Shown: positions 10,101 through 21,537, counted from the stretch's first letter. The stretch is 64,000 bases of DNA from Auanema rhodensis (GCA_964057225.1 OZ059894.1:11718001-11782000), one strand, 5' to 3'. Made by a program: numbers and translations. The notes: generated by a model from the letters alone, not told the origin.

Positions 10101-10893
10101 AAGCTTCTGGATCTTCATCGCCTGGGTTTTTTGGTCTTCCTCAGGTTGTGTGTGTGGTCGGCGCCTTTGTCGGAAGTTGGGAACTTTGATCATAATGTCA
10201 AGAGACTTTCTGATTGTGTCTACCAACTCTTCCAGGACCTGCTCGAGCTCACTTTTGCACACTACCTTTTTAATTCTATCCACCCAAATATTTTCAGAGT
10301 TTCTATTCGGATCAGGGTCGGCAAAAGATGGTTCTGTACTCGGAACCCTGATCTCGTTGAATATTTCACTCTCTCGCGGAAGGGGGGAAACTTCGGCCTC
10401 TGGGGACAAGTCCAGAATTGGGGCCTCAAATAAGCGTACCGTTGATGGAGATCCTTGTTCCTGTCCACTGGATGATGTTTCCTCCATTGTACGCTCCTCC
10501 ACGGGCGGGGTGGTCGTCCTTGTGCCTGGTGGGCGGGTGTTCCTGATCCTCCGCAATATAGGGCGGGAACTGGGCTCTCTCGGAGATAGAGGTGAGATCA
10601 CCACAGTTTCCTCTATGATGCGGAGGCATCCTTCAGCTTTTTTCTGATGGCTTTTAACGGCCTTCAGATTGCTGGTGAGGCCACAGGCACGGCACTCAAA
10701 TTCTACTCCGACCTCATGTTCTCTCCGAAGATGGCGGACGAGACCATTGTGGTCTGAGTAGGATCGCGGAATAGGAGCGCAGATTGAACAAGAAAAAGGG
10801 CTCTGAAGAGGCACCTTTAGCTTGTAAAGCCCTTGCTCCATCTCTAGCAGATCTAAAGACTTACGTAGTACAGTTGCAATATCGATTTAGCCA
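7167..10893 (-). mobile_element. Full-length U2-targeting non-LTR retrotransposon (RLE type, Utopia-like), copy 1
   Basis: Single RT/RLE ORF. The 3' end abuts U2 nt ~38-40 (AATAAACCAT|TAATCGTTCTT) and the 5' end is preceded by U2 nt 1-96. Same orientation as U2. U2 targeting by an RLE element matches the Utopia group. Confidence 0.93.
7563..10841 (-). CDS. Non-LTR retrotransposon polyprotein (zinc fingers, reverse transcriptase, CCHC knuckle, restriction-like endonuclease), 1092 aa
   Basis: N-terminal CSIC..H..H and CRAC..H..C fingers. RT motifs APGADG, WRPIAL, QKGF, LDLANAFGS, GVLQGSPLSP, YADDL. CRRC-x8-H-x4-C knuckle. RHN..RPD..D..KERKY endonuclease motif. Confidence 0.97.
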   Translation of the reverse strand: MEQGLYKLKVPLQSPFSCSICAPIPRSYSDHNGLVRHLRREHEVGVEFECRACGLTSNLKAVKSHQKKAEGCLRIIEETVVISPLSPREPSSRPILRRIRNTRPPGTRTTTPPVEERTMEETSSSGQEQGSPSTVRLFEAPILDLSPEAEVSPLPRESEIFNEIRVPSTEPSFADPDPNRNSENIWVDRIKKVVCKSELEQVLEELVDTIRKSLDIMIKVPNFRQRRRPHTQPEEDQKTQAMKIQKLWRANKKKAFRQLLGEQSETCTIPSADVEKHFLSVHSSQGPALPITVTRPDLPTSTDPLEGVFTPLEVWERIRRCSDTAPGADGLRYSHWKKFDQGGHILAAIFNTVHKLGHIPFSWKESTTVLIHKKGDKADINNWRPIALSCTIGKTYSACLTHRLLTWARAEKRLSPSQKGFVAKAGCMEHNFLLQSTIADAKRKREKIAIAWLDLANAFGSLPHETLLDVLRWSGMAEASISRVRALYTDASTRIQTGSGLTSTIPVHAGVLQGSPLSPILFNLAIEPLIKTILETSTGYKLHNHNIAVLAYADDLALVSSSSEDLQKMLDAASNAANFTGLTFKPAKCATLTIDKGKISTASYMLQSCFLPALSKFDSYSHLGIPTGMHLHKSAVPTVNIMSQHLEKIDKSLLAEWQKADAVRTFLMPCLNFHMTNGHVPKSKLVAFDKELKRCARRWMHYPPNASAEPIYLPTNYGGLGLSRLQHLSDVCEVTHAYQLLKSSDLVVADIAHQDSIKVASKRIKRQASNDETAAYYNGSVDGIFDTETSDVSSIWTRVRVAMRQLKKLINANWTCLESGLELNLNNQLLTPSLCHRSLRRALWLKDLRILLQKPDQGKVFDVTMLNKASNHFMAKGDFIRFADWRFIHKARLNTLQLNGCRRHGEGNKQCRRCSYPNETAAHVLGHCHFHTRAIQLRHNNIVDRLIKALPEPKNGEVYTNQPLPGINSTLRPDIVVVDHDAKHCSIVDVTVSYENRRQAMIAARMIKERKYADIASQYQCLGYKTSVEAYVVGMLGTMDPLNVQALRSLKISSHYNRLMEKLVVADTIKWARNIYVEHVSGVRQYEEEIIH

Positions 10894-10989
10894 TTAACCT
10901 TATTGTGAACCAATGGAACACATATCGAAGGTTAATTCGATAAGAACGATTACTACACTTTGATCTTAGCCAAAAGGCCGAGAAGCGAT
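10894..10989 (-). pseudogene. U2: U2 snRNA 5' part (nt 1-96) heading retrotransposon copy 1
   Basis: U2 match ends at GGTTAA, before the Sm site. Confidence 0.92.
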
Positions 10990-11431
10990 ACAGCATAGCC
11001 ATGAGTATCAAAGACATCAAGCAAATGTATCGTACTTGTTACGAGTGCACTCTCTCATTTGAATATAAAAGTGTGGTTTGACAATCTTGACTGTACAGGT
11101 CATAAATGGCTCATATAAACTGTGGATTTACTCAACTTTTGGACTTATTTTTTTCTTATTCGAAGCGCTGCACTTTTTTCTATTCTTTTTATTCAAATAC
11201 TTGTATATAGTTTTATATGTACGGTTGCAAAGTTTCCGAATATTTTATATATTTTTATACAATAATTAGGAGAAGGTTAATACAATGAAATCTCCCAACT
11301 TTACAGTGTTTGTATTGCTTACAGTATCTAGAACAACCACTCTTGTAATATTAGAGCACATATCAATCAACAACTTTTTCTAGTTATCAAAGCTTTTTTA
11401 TTTCTTCAAGATATTTCAAATAAAATATAAA

Positions 11432-11550
11432 AGCTTACGACACCCGGGATTCCCAAGCCGTCTCCGATCCAAGTACTAACCGGGCCCAACGTTGCTTGAC
11501 TTGCCAGATCGGACGGGATGGCGTACTTTCAACGTGGTATGGTCGTAAGC
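11432..11550 (-). rRNA. 5S: 5S rRNA
   Basis: Array copy. Confidence 0.96.
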
Positions 11551-11791
11551 AATGTTATATTCTTCATTATCAGTTATATCACTCTAAATCTTGTTGTTAA
11601 TAGTTAGGACCACAAAGAAAACAACAGGAACAGTAACAAATGAAATGCCCAAACTTTACAGTGTTCGAGTTATTTACAGTATCTAAGACTACCTCTGTCG
11701 TGTTATTAGAGCAAACATTCGATTAACAACAACTTTTTTTTAGTTATCAAAGCTTTTTTATTTCTTCAAAAAATTTCAAATAAAATATAAA

Positions 11792-11910
11792 AGCTTACGA
11801 CACCCGGGATTCCCAAGCCGTCTCCGATCCAAGTACTAACCGGGCCCAACGTTGCTTGACTTGCCAGATCGGACGGGATGGCGTACTTTCAACGTGGTAT
11901 GGTCGTAAGC
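11792..11910 (-). rRNA. 5S: 5S rRNA
   Basis: Array copy. Confidence 0.96.
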
Positions 11911-12052
11911 AATGTCATATTCTTCATTATCAGTTATATCACTCTAAATCTTGTTGTTAATAGATACGACCACAAAGAAAACAACAGGAACAGTAACAAT
12001 AACAAAAAAAATTTTTTTTTCACCTATGTGTCTAAAGGTTAGCCATGTATCC

Positions 12053-12092
<40 letters not shown>

Positions 12093-13272
12093 ACAGTAAA
12101 AAGTCCAATCAAGAGAGAAATTTTTTCAACACATAGTTGTTTTTTTTTTAAATATCATTGTTTTTCCTCATAACTCGGTTTAAACTCGTTCTAACCCGTT
12201 GAAATACGTCTAGAAAGTCTTTATAACATGCATATGTATGATAGAACTTCATATTTATTGTAATAGAAAATTTTATTTTCAGACGTCTTGGTTAACAATG
12301 ATATGTTTTACCCCCTTATAATTTTTATCATAATGTTCCTTATACGGAACGCTCAATGAAACTTGCTTCCAGAAAAATTTCTTTCTATTTTTTCTTCATA
12401 TGTACGTAGATACTATAGAGAACTATGATAGAAAACTTTAACATTCACGAAATCATCATTTCTCATTACGCTACGGAGGTTTAAAAAGCTGTGTTTTACC
12501 TTATAATAGACCGGAAAACCCTTGTGTTAAAACTGGACCGTTTTTACACATATAAAAATGTCCCGTATTCGGGACCCTAATGTAACTTTTGATTCCCTAT
12601 ATTTTTTTTCATGAAATTTACAATCTACTGTAGAAAGAAGAATTATTTTTATAAAAACTGTAAATTTTTGAAAAATGAAAACAAAACGAAAACAAAAACA
12701 ACTTTTTTTTGAACATTTTCTCACACAAGGGTCCCCCCTTACCTACTTTTTTTCTCATTACTCGTTTCAACCTCATCCGATCACTCTGCAAACATGTTTA
12801 ATCGTTCTAACTTGTTGAAATACGTCTTAAAAGTCTAAACAACATGCATATGCATAATAGAAACCACCCGAATAGGCCCCCACGCACTAAACGAGATATA
12901 TACATTACCAGTATAGTAATAGAACACATATTGAAGATTAATTCGATAAGAACAATTTATTGACGTAGAGAATGTTTGTTCCGAAAAACTACAATATTAA
13001 ACTATAAAAGTAACAAAAGCGTAGAGGCAGCAAAGACATGAATAAACATAAATGTAAATACAGAATTACCAGGTAGTACATAAGTATGACAAAAAATTAT
13101 AAGAAAGCCATGAAAATAGAAGGTTTGTGAACAAATGAGAGGTACATCTTTGATCGTATAGTCATTTCTAAACCGTTCGTATGCTGCAGCATCGTCATAA
13201 GCGTCACTCAAGTTGAATTTCCATGTGTACTACACGATTTTCATTCTTATTGTTACATTCTTTCCCTGAGGG

Positions 13273-13458
13273 AATGGGCCGTTCCCGCCAGCAGTGCAAG
13301 AGCGGGTCGACCCGTGAGGTGGAGCTAGCAAGCCAGCATCTACCTCAAGTCTCAAAAATCGGTTAACCTTATTGTGAACCAATGGAACACATATCGAAGG
13401 TTAATTCGATAAGAACGATTACTACACTTTGATCTTAGCCAAAAGGCCGAGAAGCGAT
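13273..13458 (-). ncRNA. U2: U2 snRNA
   Basis: Array copy. Confidence 0.96.
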
Positions 13459-13900
13459 ACAGCATAGCCATGAGTATCAAAGACATCAAGCAAATGTATC
13501 GTACTTGTTACGAGTGCACTCTCTCATTTGAATATAAAAGTGTGGTTTGACAATCTTGACTGTACAGGTCATAAATGGCTCATATAAACTGTGGATTTAC
13601 TCAACTTTTGGACTTATTTTTTTCTTATTCGAAGCGCTGCACTTTTTTCTATTCTTTTTATTCAAATACTTGTATATAGTTTTATATGTACGGTTGCAAA
13701 GTTTCCGAATATTTTATATATTTTTATACAATAATTAGGAGAAGGTTAATACAATGAAATCTCCCAACTTTACAGTGTTTGTATTGCTTACAGTATCTAG
13801 AACAACCACTCTTGTAATATTAGAGCACATATCAATCAACAACTTTTTCTAGTTATCAAAGCTTTTTTATTTCTTCAAGATATTTCAAATAAAATATAAA

Positions 13901-14019
13901 AGCTTACGACACCCGGGATTCCCAAGCCGTCTCCGATCCAAGTACTAACCGGGCCCAACGTTGCTTGACTTGCCAGATCGGACGGGATGGCGTACTTTCA
14001 ACGTGGTATGGTCGTAAGC
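13901..14019 (-). rRNA. 5S: 5S rRNA
   Basis: Array copy. Confidence 0.96.
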
Positions 14020-14260
14020 AATGTTATATTCTTCATTATCAGTTATATCACTCTAAATCTTGTTGTTAATAGTTAGGACCACAAAGAAAACAACAGGAAC
14101 AGTAACAAATGAAATGCCCAAACTTTACAGTGTTCGAGTTATTTACAGTATCTAAGACTACCTCTGTCGTGTTATTAGAGCAAACATTCGATTAACAACA
14201 ACTTTTTTTTAGTTATCAAAGCTTTTTTATTTCTTCAAAAAATTTCAAATAAAATATAAA

Positions 14261-14379
14261 AGCTTACGACACCCGGGATTCCCAAGCCGTCTCCGATCCA
14301 AGTACTAACCGGGCCCAACGTTGCTTGACTTGCCAGATCGGACGGGATGGCGTACTTTCAACGTGGTATGGTCGTAAGC
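14261..14379 (-). rRNA. 5S: 5S rRNA
   Basis: Array copy. Confidence 0.96.
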
Positions 14380-14521
14380 AATGTCATATTCTTCATTATC
14401 AGTTATATCACTCTAAATCTTGTTGTTAATAGATACGACCACAAAGAAAACAACAGGAACAGTAACAATAACAAAAAAAATTTTTTTTTCACCTATGTGT
14501 CTAAAGGTTAGCCATGTATCC

Positions 14522-14567
<46 letters not shown>

Positions 14568-15747
14568 ACAGTAAAAAGTCCAATCAAGAGAGAAATTTTT
14601 TCAACACATAGTTGTTTTTTTTTTAAATATCATTGTTTTTCCTCATAACTCGGTTTAAACTCGTTCTAACCCGTTGAAATACGTCTAGAAAGTCTTTATA
14701 ACATGCATATGTATGATAGAACTTCATATTTATTGTAATAGAAAATTTTATTTTCAGACGTCTTGGTTAACAATGATATGTTTTACCCCCTTATAATTTT
14801 TATCATAATGTTCCTTATACGGAACGCTCAATGAAACTTGCTTCCAGAAAAATTTCTTTCTATTTTTTCTTCATATGTACGTAGATACTATAGAGAACTA
14901 TGATAGAAAACTTTAACATTCACGAAATCATCATTTCTCATTACGCTACGGAGGTTTAAAAAGCTGTGTTTTACCTTATAATAGACCGGAAAACCCTTGT
15001 GTTAAAACTGGACCGTTTTTACACATATAAAAATGTCCCGTATTCGGGACCCTAATGTAACTTTTGATTCCCTATATTTTTTTTCATGAAATTTACAATC
15101 TACTGTAGAAAGAAGAATTATTTTTATAAAAACTGTAAATTTTTGAAAAATGAAAACAAAACGAAAACAAAAACAACTTTTTTTTGAACATTTTCTCACA
15201 CAAGGGTCCCCCCTTACCTACTTTTTTTCTCATTACTCGTTTCAACCTCATCCGATCACTCTGCAAACATGTTTAATCGTTCTAACTTGTTGAAATACGT
15301 CTTAAAAGTCTAAACAACATGCATATGCATAATAGAAACCACCCGAATAGGCCCCCACGCACTAAACGAGATATATACATTACCAGTATAGTAATAGAAC
15401 ACATATTGAAGATTAATTCGATAAGAACAATTTATTGACGTAGAGAATGTTTGTTCCGAAAAACTACAATATTAAACTATAAAAGTAACAAAAGCGTAGA
15501 GGCAGCAAAGACATGAATAAACATAAATGTAAATACAGAATTACCAGGTAGTACATAAGTATGACAAAAAATTATAAGAAAGCCATGAAAATAGAAGGTT
15601 TGTGAACAAATGAGAGGTACATCTTTGATCGTATAGTCATTTCTAAACCGTTCGTATGCTGCAGCATCGTCATAAGCGTCACTCAAGTTGAATTTCCATG
15701 TGTACTACACGATTTTCATTCTTATTGTTACATTCTTTCCCTGAGGG

Positions 15748-15933
15748 AATGGGCCGTTCCCGCCAGCAGTGCAAGAGCGGGTCGACCCGTGAGGTGGAGC
15801 TAGCAAGCCAGCATCTACCTCAAGTCTCAAAAATCGGTTAACCTTATTGTGAACCAATGGAACACATATCGAAGGTTAATTCGATAAGAACGATTACTAC
15901 ACTTTGATCTTAGCCAAAAGGCCGAGAAGCGAT
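15748..15933 (-). ncRNA. U2: U2 snRNA
   Basis: Array copy. Confidence 0.96.
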
Positions 15934-16375
15934 ACAGCATAGCCATGAGTATCAAAGACATCAAGCAAATGTATCGTACTTGTTACGAGTGCACTCTCTC
16001 ATTTGAATATAAAAGTGTGGTTTGACAATCTTGACTGTACAGGTCATAAATGGCTCATATAAACTGTGGATTTACTCAACTTTTGGACTTATTTTTTTCT
16101 TATTCGAAGCGCTGCACTTTTTTCTATTCTTTTTATTCAAATACTTGTATATAGTTTTATATGTACGGTTGCAAAGTTTCCGAATATTTTATATATTTTT
16201 ATACAATAATTAGGAGAAGGTTAATACAATGAAATCTCCCAACTTTACAGTGTTTGTATTGCTTACAGTATCTAGAACAACCACTCTTGTAATATTAGAG
16301 CACATATCAATCAACAACTTTTTCTAGTTATCAAAGCTTTTTTATTTCTTCAAGATATTTCAAATAAAATATAAA

Positions 16376-16494
16376 AGCTTACGACACCCGGGATTCCCAA
16401 GCCGTCTCCGATCCAAGTACTAACCGGGCCCAACGTTGCTTGACTTGCCAGATCGGACGGGATGGCGTACTTTCAACGTGGTATGGTCGTAAGC
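16376..16494 (-). rRNA. 5S: 5S rRNA
   Basis: Array copy. Confidence 0.96.
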
Positions 16495-16735
16495 AATGTT
16501 ATATTCTTCATTATCAGTTATATCACTCTAAATCTTGTTGTTAATAGTTAGGACCACAAAGAAAACAACAGGAACAGTAACAAATGAAATGCCCAAACTT
16601 TACAGTGTTCGAGTTATTTACAGTATCTAAGACTACCTCTGTCGTGTTATTAGAGCAAACATTCGATTAACAACAACTTTTTTTTAGTTATCAAAGCTTT
16701 TTTATTTCTTCAAAAAATTTCAAATAAAATATAAA

Positions 16736-16854
16736 AGCTTACGACACCCGGGATTCCCAAGCCGTCTCCGATCCAAGTACTAACCGGGCCCAACGTTGCT
16801 TGACTTGCCAGATCGGACGGGATGGCGTACTTTCAACGTGGTATGGTCGTAAGC
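16736..16854 (-). rRNA. 5S: 5S rRNA
   Basis: Array copy. Confidence 0.96.
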
Positions 16855-16996
16855 AATGTCATATTCTTCATTATCAGTTATATCACTCTAAATCTTGTTG
16901 TTAATAGATACGACCACAAAGAAAACAACAGGAACAGTAACAATAACAAAAAAAATTTTTTTTTCACCTATGTGTCTAAAGGTTAGCCATGTATCC

Positions 16997-17042
<46 letters not shown>

Positions 17043-18222
17043 ACAGTAAAAAGTCCAATCAAGAGAGAAATTTTTTCAACACATAGTTGTTTTTTTTTAA
17101 AATATCATTGTTTTTCCTCATAACTCGGTTTAAACTCGTTCTAACCCGTTGAAATACGTCTAGAAAGTCTTTATAACATGCATATGTATGATAGAACTTC
17201 ATATTTATTGTAATAGAAAATTTTATTTTCAGACGTCTTGGTTAACAATGATATGTTTTACCCCCTTATAATTTTTATCATAATGTTCCTTATACGGAAC
17301 GCTCAATGAAACTTGCTTCCAGAAAAATTTCTTTCTATTTTTTCTTCATATGTACGTAGATACTATAGAGAACTATGATAGAAAACTTTAACATTCACGA
17401 AATCATCATTTCTCATTACGCTACGGAGGTTTAAAAAGCTGTGTTTTACCTTATAATAGACCGGAAAACCCTTGTGTTAAAACTGGACCGTTTTTACACA
17501 TATAAAAATGTCCCGTATTCGGGACCCTAATGTAACTTTTGATTCCCTATATTTTTTTTCATGAAATTTACAATCTACTGTAGAAAGAAGAATTATTTTT
17601 ATAAAAACTGTAAATTTTTGAAAAATGAAAACAAAACGAAAACAAAAACAACTTTTTTTTGAACATTTTCTCACACAAGGGTCCCCCCTTACCTACTTTT
17701 TTTCTCATTACTCGTTTCAACCTCATCCGATCACTCTGCAAACATGTTTAATCGTTCTAACTTGTTGAAATACGTCTTAAAAGTCTAAACAACATGCATA
17801 TGCATAATAGAAACCACCCGAATAGGCCCCCACGCACTAAACGAGATATATACATTACCAGTATAGTAATAGAACACATATTGAAGATTAATTCGATAAG
17901 AACAATTTATTGACGTAGAGAATGTTTGTTCCGAAAAACTACAATATTAAACTATAAAAGTAACAAAAGCGTAGAGGCAGCAAAGACATGAATAAACATA
18001 AATGTAAATACAGAATTACCAGGTAGTACATAAGTATGACAAAAAATTATAAGAAAGCCATGAAAATAGAAGGTTTGTGAACAAATGAGAGGTACATCTT
18101 TGATCGTATAGTCATTTCTAAACCGTTCGTATGCTGCAGCATCGTCATAAGCGTCACTCAAGTTGAATTTCCATGTGTACTACACGATTTTCATTCTTAT
18201 TGTTACATTCTTTCCCTGAGGG

Positions 18223-18370
18223 AATGGGCCGTTCCCGCCAGCAGTGCAAGAGCGGGTCGACCCGTGAGGTGGAGCTAGCAAGCCAGCATCTACCTCAAGT
18301 CTCAAAAATCGGTTAACCTTATTGTGAACCAATGGAACACATATCGAAGGTTAATTCGATAAGAACGATT
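18223..18370 (-). pseudogene. U2: U2 snRNA 3' part (nt 39-end), interrupted by family A element
   Basis: U2 match stops at the junction. Confidence 0.92.
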
Positions 18371-19157
18371 TATTGAAGTAGATAATGTTTGTCCCGGAGG
18401 ACTACAATATTAAAATAATTACTGAAGCCCGAAGGCAGCGAGAAATAGTAAGGATACTACCTGCACTGAGTGCGTCGTATCATAAAAAAAGAGATAGCTA
18501 ATGGGCAAGTTGAAGAGCTTGAAATTAACAATGACGTCACTAGAAGTAAAGTTTTCTATCTGCAGCTGCGGGTAAAGAGGGTCAGCGTAAGCAGAATTCA
18601 ATTCTACCAACAATTAGTGGGAACATTGAGAGAACAGATGAAGGAGGAAATTGTAACTTCAAGTAAAATAGATTATATCTTCAGCTGCGGGTAAAGAGAG
18701 TCAGCTTTGTACAGATTACTAGTTTACATAAGAAGTGGTAACATTTCAAAAAAGGAGCACAACATAAAAAACGAGACTACGGACTATGAGGTAAATGTTA
18801 TCATTGTCTGGATCGATGATTCGGCATTTGATTGCAGCTGCGGATTGAGTGGATCAGCTTGCATGGCGTCCGCATTCGACATCAGGGAAAATGATGAGTT
18901 TCTTGAGGTCCGGCTCGGCGGGCTGTTATGTCCTATTCCCTGTTGATGGTGTTGTTGTCCTTGAGCTTGTTCTTCTTCCCAGAAAAAAAAAACTGTGAAG
19001 CTGAAGAGTCCTATTAAACGTCTTTAAACGCAAGATTAATAAGAAGCTACTACAGCTAACACAGGACCGCCTCAAGGCCTGGTAGATCAACCAGTGTTGC
19101 TTCAATCACCAAGTATTGCGGCCTGGGCCCTTGGATCAATTCACAACACCAGTATAG
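18371..19157 (-). mobile_element. Non-autonomous U2-targeting short retroelement, family A (787 bp), copy 1
   Basis: Inserted at U2 nt 39/40, preceded by U2 nt 1-79 (41-bp duplication of nt 39-79). No long ORF. 3' terminus resembles that of the autonomous element. Confidence 0.85.
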
Positions 19158-19236
19158 CAATGGAACACATATCGAAGGTTAATTCGATAAGAACGATTAC
19201 TACACTTTGATCTTAGCCAAAAGGCCGAGAAGCGAT
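19158..19236 (-). pseudogene. U2: U2 snRNA 5' part (nt 1-79) heading family A element
   Basis: U2 match ends at CCATTG. Confidence 0.92.
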
Positions 19237-19678
19237 ACAGCATAGCCATGAGTATCAAAGACATCAAGCAAATGTATCGTACTTGTTACGAGTGCACTCT
19301 CTCATTTGAATATAAAAGTGTGGTTTGACAATCTTGACTGTACAGGTCATAAATGGCTCATATAAACTGTGGATTTACTCAACTTTTGGACTTATTTTTT
19401 TCTTATTCGAAGCGCTGCACTTTTTTCTATTCTTTTTATTCAAATACTTGTATATAGTTTTATATGTACGGTTGCAAAGTTTCCGAATATTTTATATATT
19501 TTTATACAATAATTAGGAGAAGGTTAATACAATGAAATCTCCCAACTTTACAGTGTTTGTATTGCTTACAGTATCTAGAACAACCACTCTTGTAATATTA
19601 GAGCACATATCAATCAACAACTTTTTCTAGTTATCAAAGCTTTTTTATTTCTTCAAGATATTTCAAATAAAATATAAA

Positions 19679-19797
19679 AGCTTACGACACCCGGGATTCC
19701 CAAGCCGTCTCCGATCCAAGTACTAACCGGGCCCAACGTTGCTTGACTTGCCAGATCGGACGGGATGGCGTACTTTCAACGTGGTATGGTCGTAAGC
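19679..19797 (-). rRNA. 5S: 5S rRNA
   Basis: Array copy. Confidence 0.96.
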
Positions 19798-20038
19798 AAT
19801 GTTATATTCTTCATTATCAGTTATATCACTCTAAATCTTGTTGTTAATAGTTAGGACCACAAAGAAAACAACAGGAACAGTAACAAATGAAATGCCCAAA
19901 CTTTACAGTGTTCGAGTTATTTACAGTATCTAAGACTACCTCTGTCGTGTTATTAGAGCAAACATTCGATTAACAACAACTTTTTTTTAGTTATCAAAGC
20001 TTTTTTATTTCTTCAAAAAATTTCAAATAAAATATAAA

Positions 20039-20157
20039 AGCTTACGACACCCGGGATTCCCAAGCCGTCTCCGATCCAAGTACTAACCGGGCCCAACGTT
20101 GCTTGACTTGCCAGATCGGACGGGATGGCGTACTTTCAACGTGGTATGGTCGTAAGC
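20039..20157 (-). rRNA. 5S: 5S rRNA
   Basis: Array copy. Confidence 0.96.
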
Positions 20158-20299
20158 AATGTCATATTCTTCATTATCAGTTATATCACTCTAAATCTTG
20201 TTGTTAATAGATACGACCACAAAGAAAACAACAGGAACAGTAACAATAACAAAAAAAATTTTTTTTTCACCTATGTGTCTAAAGGTTAGCCATGTATCC

Positions 20300-20357
<58 letters not shown>

Positions 20358-21537
20358 ACAGTAAAAAGTCCAATCAAGAGAGAAATTTTTTCAACACATA
20401 GTTGTTTTTTTTTTAAATATCATTGTTTTTCCTCATAACTCGGTTTAAACTCGTTCTAACCCGTTGAAATACGTCTAGAAAGTCTTTATAACATGCATAT
20501 GTATGATAGAACTTCATATTTATTGTAATAGAAAATTTTATTTTCAGACGTCTTGGTTAACAATGATATGTTTTACCCCCTTATAATTTTTATCATAATG
20601 TTCCTTATACGGAACGCTCAATGAAACTTGCTTCCAGAAAAATTTCTTTCTATTTTTTCTTCATATGTACGTAGATACTATAGAGAACTATGATAGAAAA
20701 CTTTAACATTCACGAAATCATCATTTCTCATTACGCTACGGAGGTTTAAAAAGCTGTGTTTTACCTTATAATAGACCGGAAAACCCTTGTGTTAAAACTG
20801 GACCGTTTTTACACATATAAAAATGTCCCGTGTTCGGGACCCTAATGTAACTTTTGATTCCCTATATTTTTTTTCATGAAATTTACAATCTACTGTAGAA
20901 AGAAGAATTATTTTTATAAAAACTGTAAATTTTTGAAAAATGAAAACAAAACGAAAACAAAAACAACTTTTTTTTGAACATTTTCTCACACAAGGGTCCC
21001 CCCTTACCTACTTTTTTTCTCATTACTCGTTTCAACCTCATCCGATCACTCTGCAAACATGTTTAATCGTTCTAACTTGTTGAAATACGTCTTAAAAGTC
21101 TAAACAACATGCATATGCATAATAGAAACCACCCGAATAGGCCCCCACGCACTAAACGAGATATATACATTACCAGTATAGTAATAGAACACATATTGAA
21201 GATTAATTCGATAAGAACAATTTATTGACGTAGAGAATGTTTGTTCCGAAAAACTACAATATTAAACTATAAAAGTAACAAAAGCGTAGAGGCAGCAAAG
21301 ACATGAATAAACATAAATGTAAATACAGAATTACCAGGTAGTACATAAGTATGACAAAAAATTATAAGAAAGCCATGAAAATAGAAGGTTTGTGAACAAA
21401 TGAGAGGTACATCTTTGATCGTATAGTCATTTCTAAACCGTTCGTATGCTGCAGCATCGTCATAAGCGTCACTCAAGTTGAATTTCCATGTGTACTACAC
21501 GATTTTCATTCTTATTGTTACATTCTTTCCCTGAGGG

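Noticed and set aside
7707-10647. Antisense and alternative-frame ORFs overlapping the RT ORF (also 35455-38395)
   Set aside because: Shadow ORFs of a long coding sequence with no recognisable motifs.
19063-19140. HDV-like, twister or hammerhead ribozyme call for the A/B 5' module
   Set aside because: GGGCCCAGGCC...GAGGCGG is superficially twister-like, but the required core pairings and catalytic residues could not be placed. Kept only as an unclassified structure.
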